Assembly (NCBI RefSeq): GCF_006345805.1
Contig: NW_021823569.1
Span: forward strand, 1 to 21,253
Length of the DNA stretch: 21,253 bases
Source: Octopus sinensis
Lineage: Eukaryota
Direction: 5' to 3'
In this document: in pieces, positions 20,746 through 21,253 of the stretch
Position numbering within the stretch: position 1 is the first letter of the stretch
How the letters are laid out: every line of letters starts with the position of its first letter
Program-made: the position numbers and the translations under genes
Notes under the pieces: model-generated
What the model was told of the DNA's origin: nothing
Seen by the model: the letters and a program-made list of their open reading frames with translations, nothing else
Databases searched by the model: none

Positions 20746-20902
20746 TAGGGCAAAGAAGTTTCCGAAAATTCACATGACCAGATATTTCCCCCTCATAACT
20801 TTCTGGATAATGGTATTATTTTCAAATAAAATTTTATGCAAATACCTTTCAAACAGCAGAGATTAAGAGTGCTAAAGTTGTGGTGAGGCATACATCTGTA
20901 GT

Positions 20903-21253
20903 TATAGAAATCCCTCGATTATCACGGGTGTCACGTTTCAAAACTTCCCACAGAAATAATTGAAATCTAAAAAAATACAAATACCTATCGGCCGCAGAGA
21001 CCCGGATATACTGAGGAGTCCGCGATATACATTTACATATATTAGTCAGAAAAAAATCCGCGATATATTGAGTGCATGATAGGTGAACCGCGATGTACTG
21101 AGTGCATGATAGGCGAACCGCGATGTACTGAGAGCACGATAGGCGAACCGCGATGTACTGAGAGCACGATAGGTGAACCGCGATGTACTGAGTGCACGAT
21201 AGGTGAACCGCGATGTACTGAGAGCACGATAGGTGAACCGTGATGTACTGAGG
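20903..21253 (+). mobile_element. Probable pogo/Tigger-like non-autonomous DNA transposon, running off the window
   Basis: TA|TAGAAATCCCTCGATTATCACGGG resembles degraded CAGTAATCCCTCG-type TIRs, with repeated CCGCGATA motifs inside. Assignment is by recognition only. Confidence 0.45.
21059..21253. repeat. 30-bp tandem repeat, at least 6.5 units (CGCGATGTACTGAGWGCAYGATAGGYGAAC)
   Basis: Exact 30-nt periodicity to the end of the window. Confidence 0.97.

Larger units (their letters stand above)
19659..20838. repeat. About 90-bp inverted repeat pair (19659-19752 / 20746-20838), with weaker extension to 19626 / 20865
   Basis: AAAATTTTATT.GAAAATAATACC...GAAAGTTATGAG...CTGGTCATGTGAATTTTCGGAAACTTCTTTGCCCTAC occurs in both orientations. 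Confidence 0.85.

Overview
AT-rich, repeat-dominated eukaryotic DNA. The repeat types are typical of an octopus (coleoid cephalopod) intron or intergenic region; that taxon assignment is my recognition, not a search result. No host protein-coding gene can be firmly supported, and most listed ORFs are translations of microsatellites or SINEs. The window holds about ten copies of one tRNA-derived SINE and four units of a second (one full copy plus a headed trimer). It also holds four different R4/Dong-type (RLE) LINE 3' ends stacked in (TAA)n tracts, two non-autonomous Helitrons (one splitting a LINE endonuclease motif), a mariner end and a probable pogo/Tigger end. The most interesting signal is two palindromes that look derived from Penelope-like-element (PLE) terminal repeats. 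One (19336-19455) encodes a complete minimal type-I hammerhead ribozyme on each strand. The other (12586-12687) keeps only the 3' half of a hammerhead. Weak splice signals hint at a minus-strand host gene.
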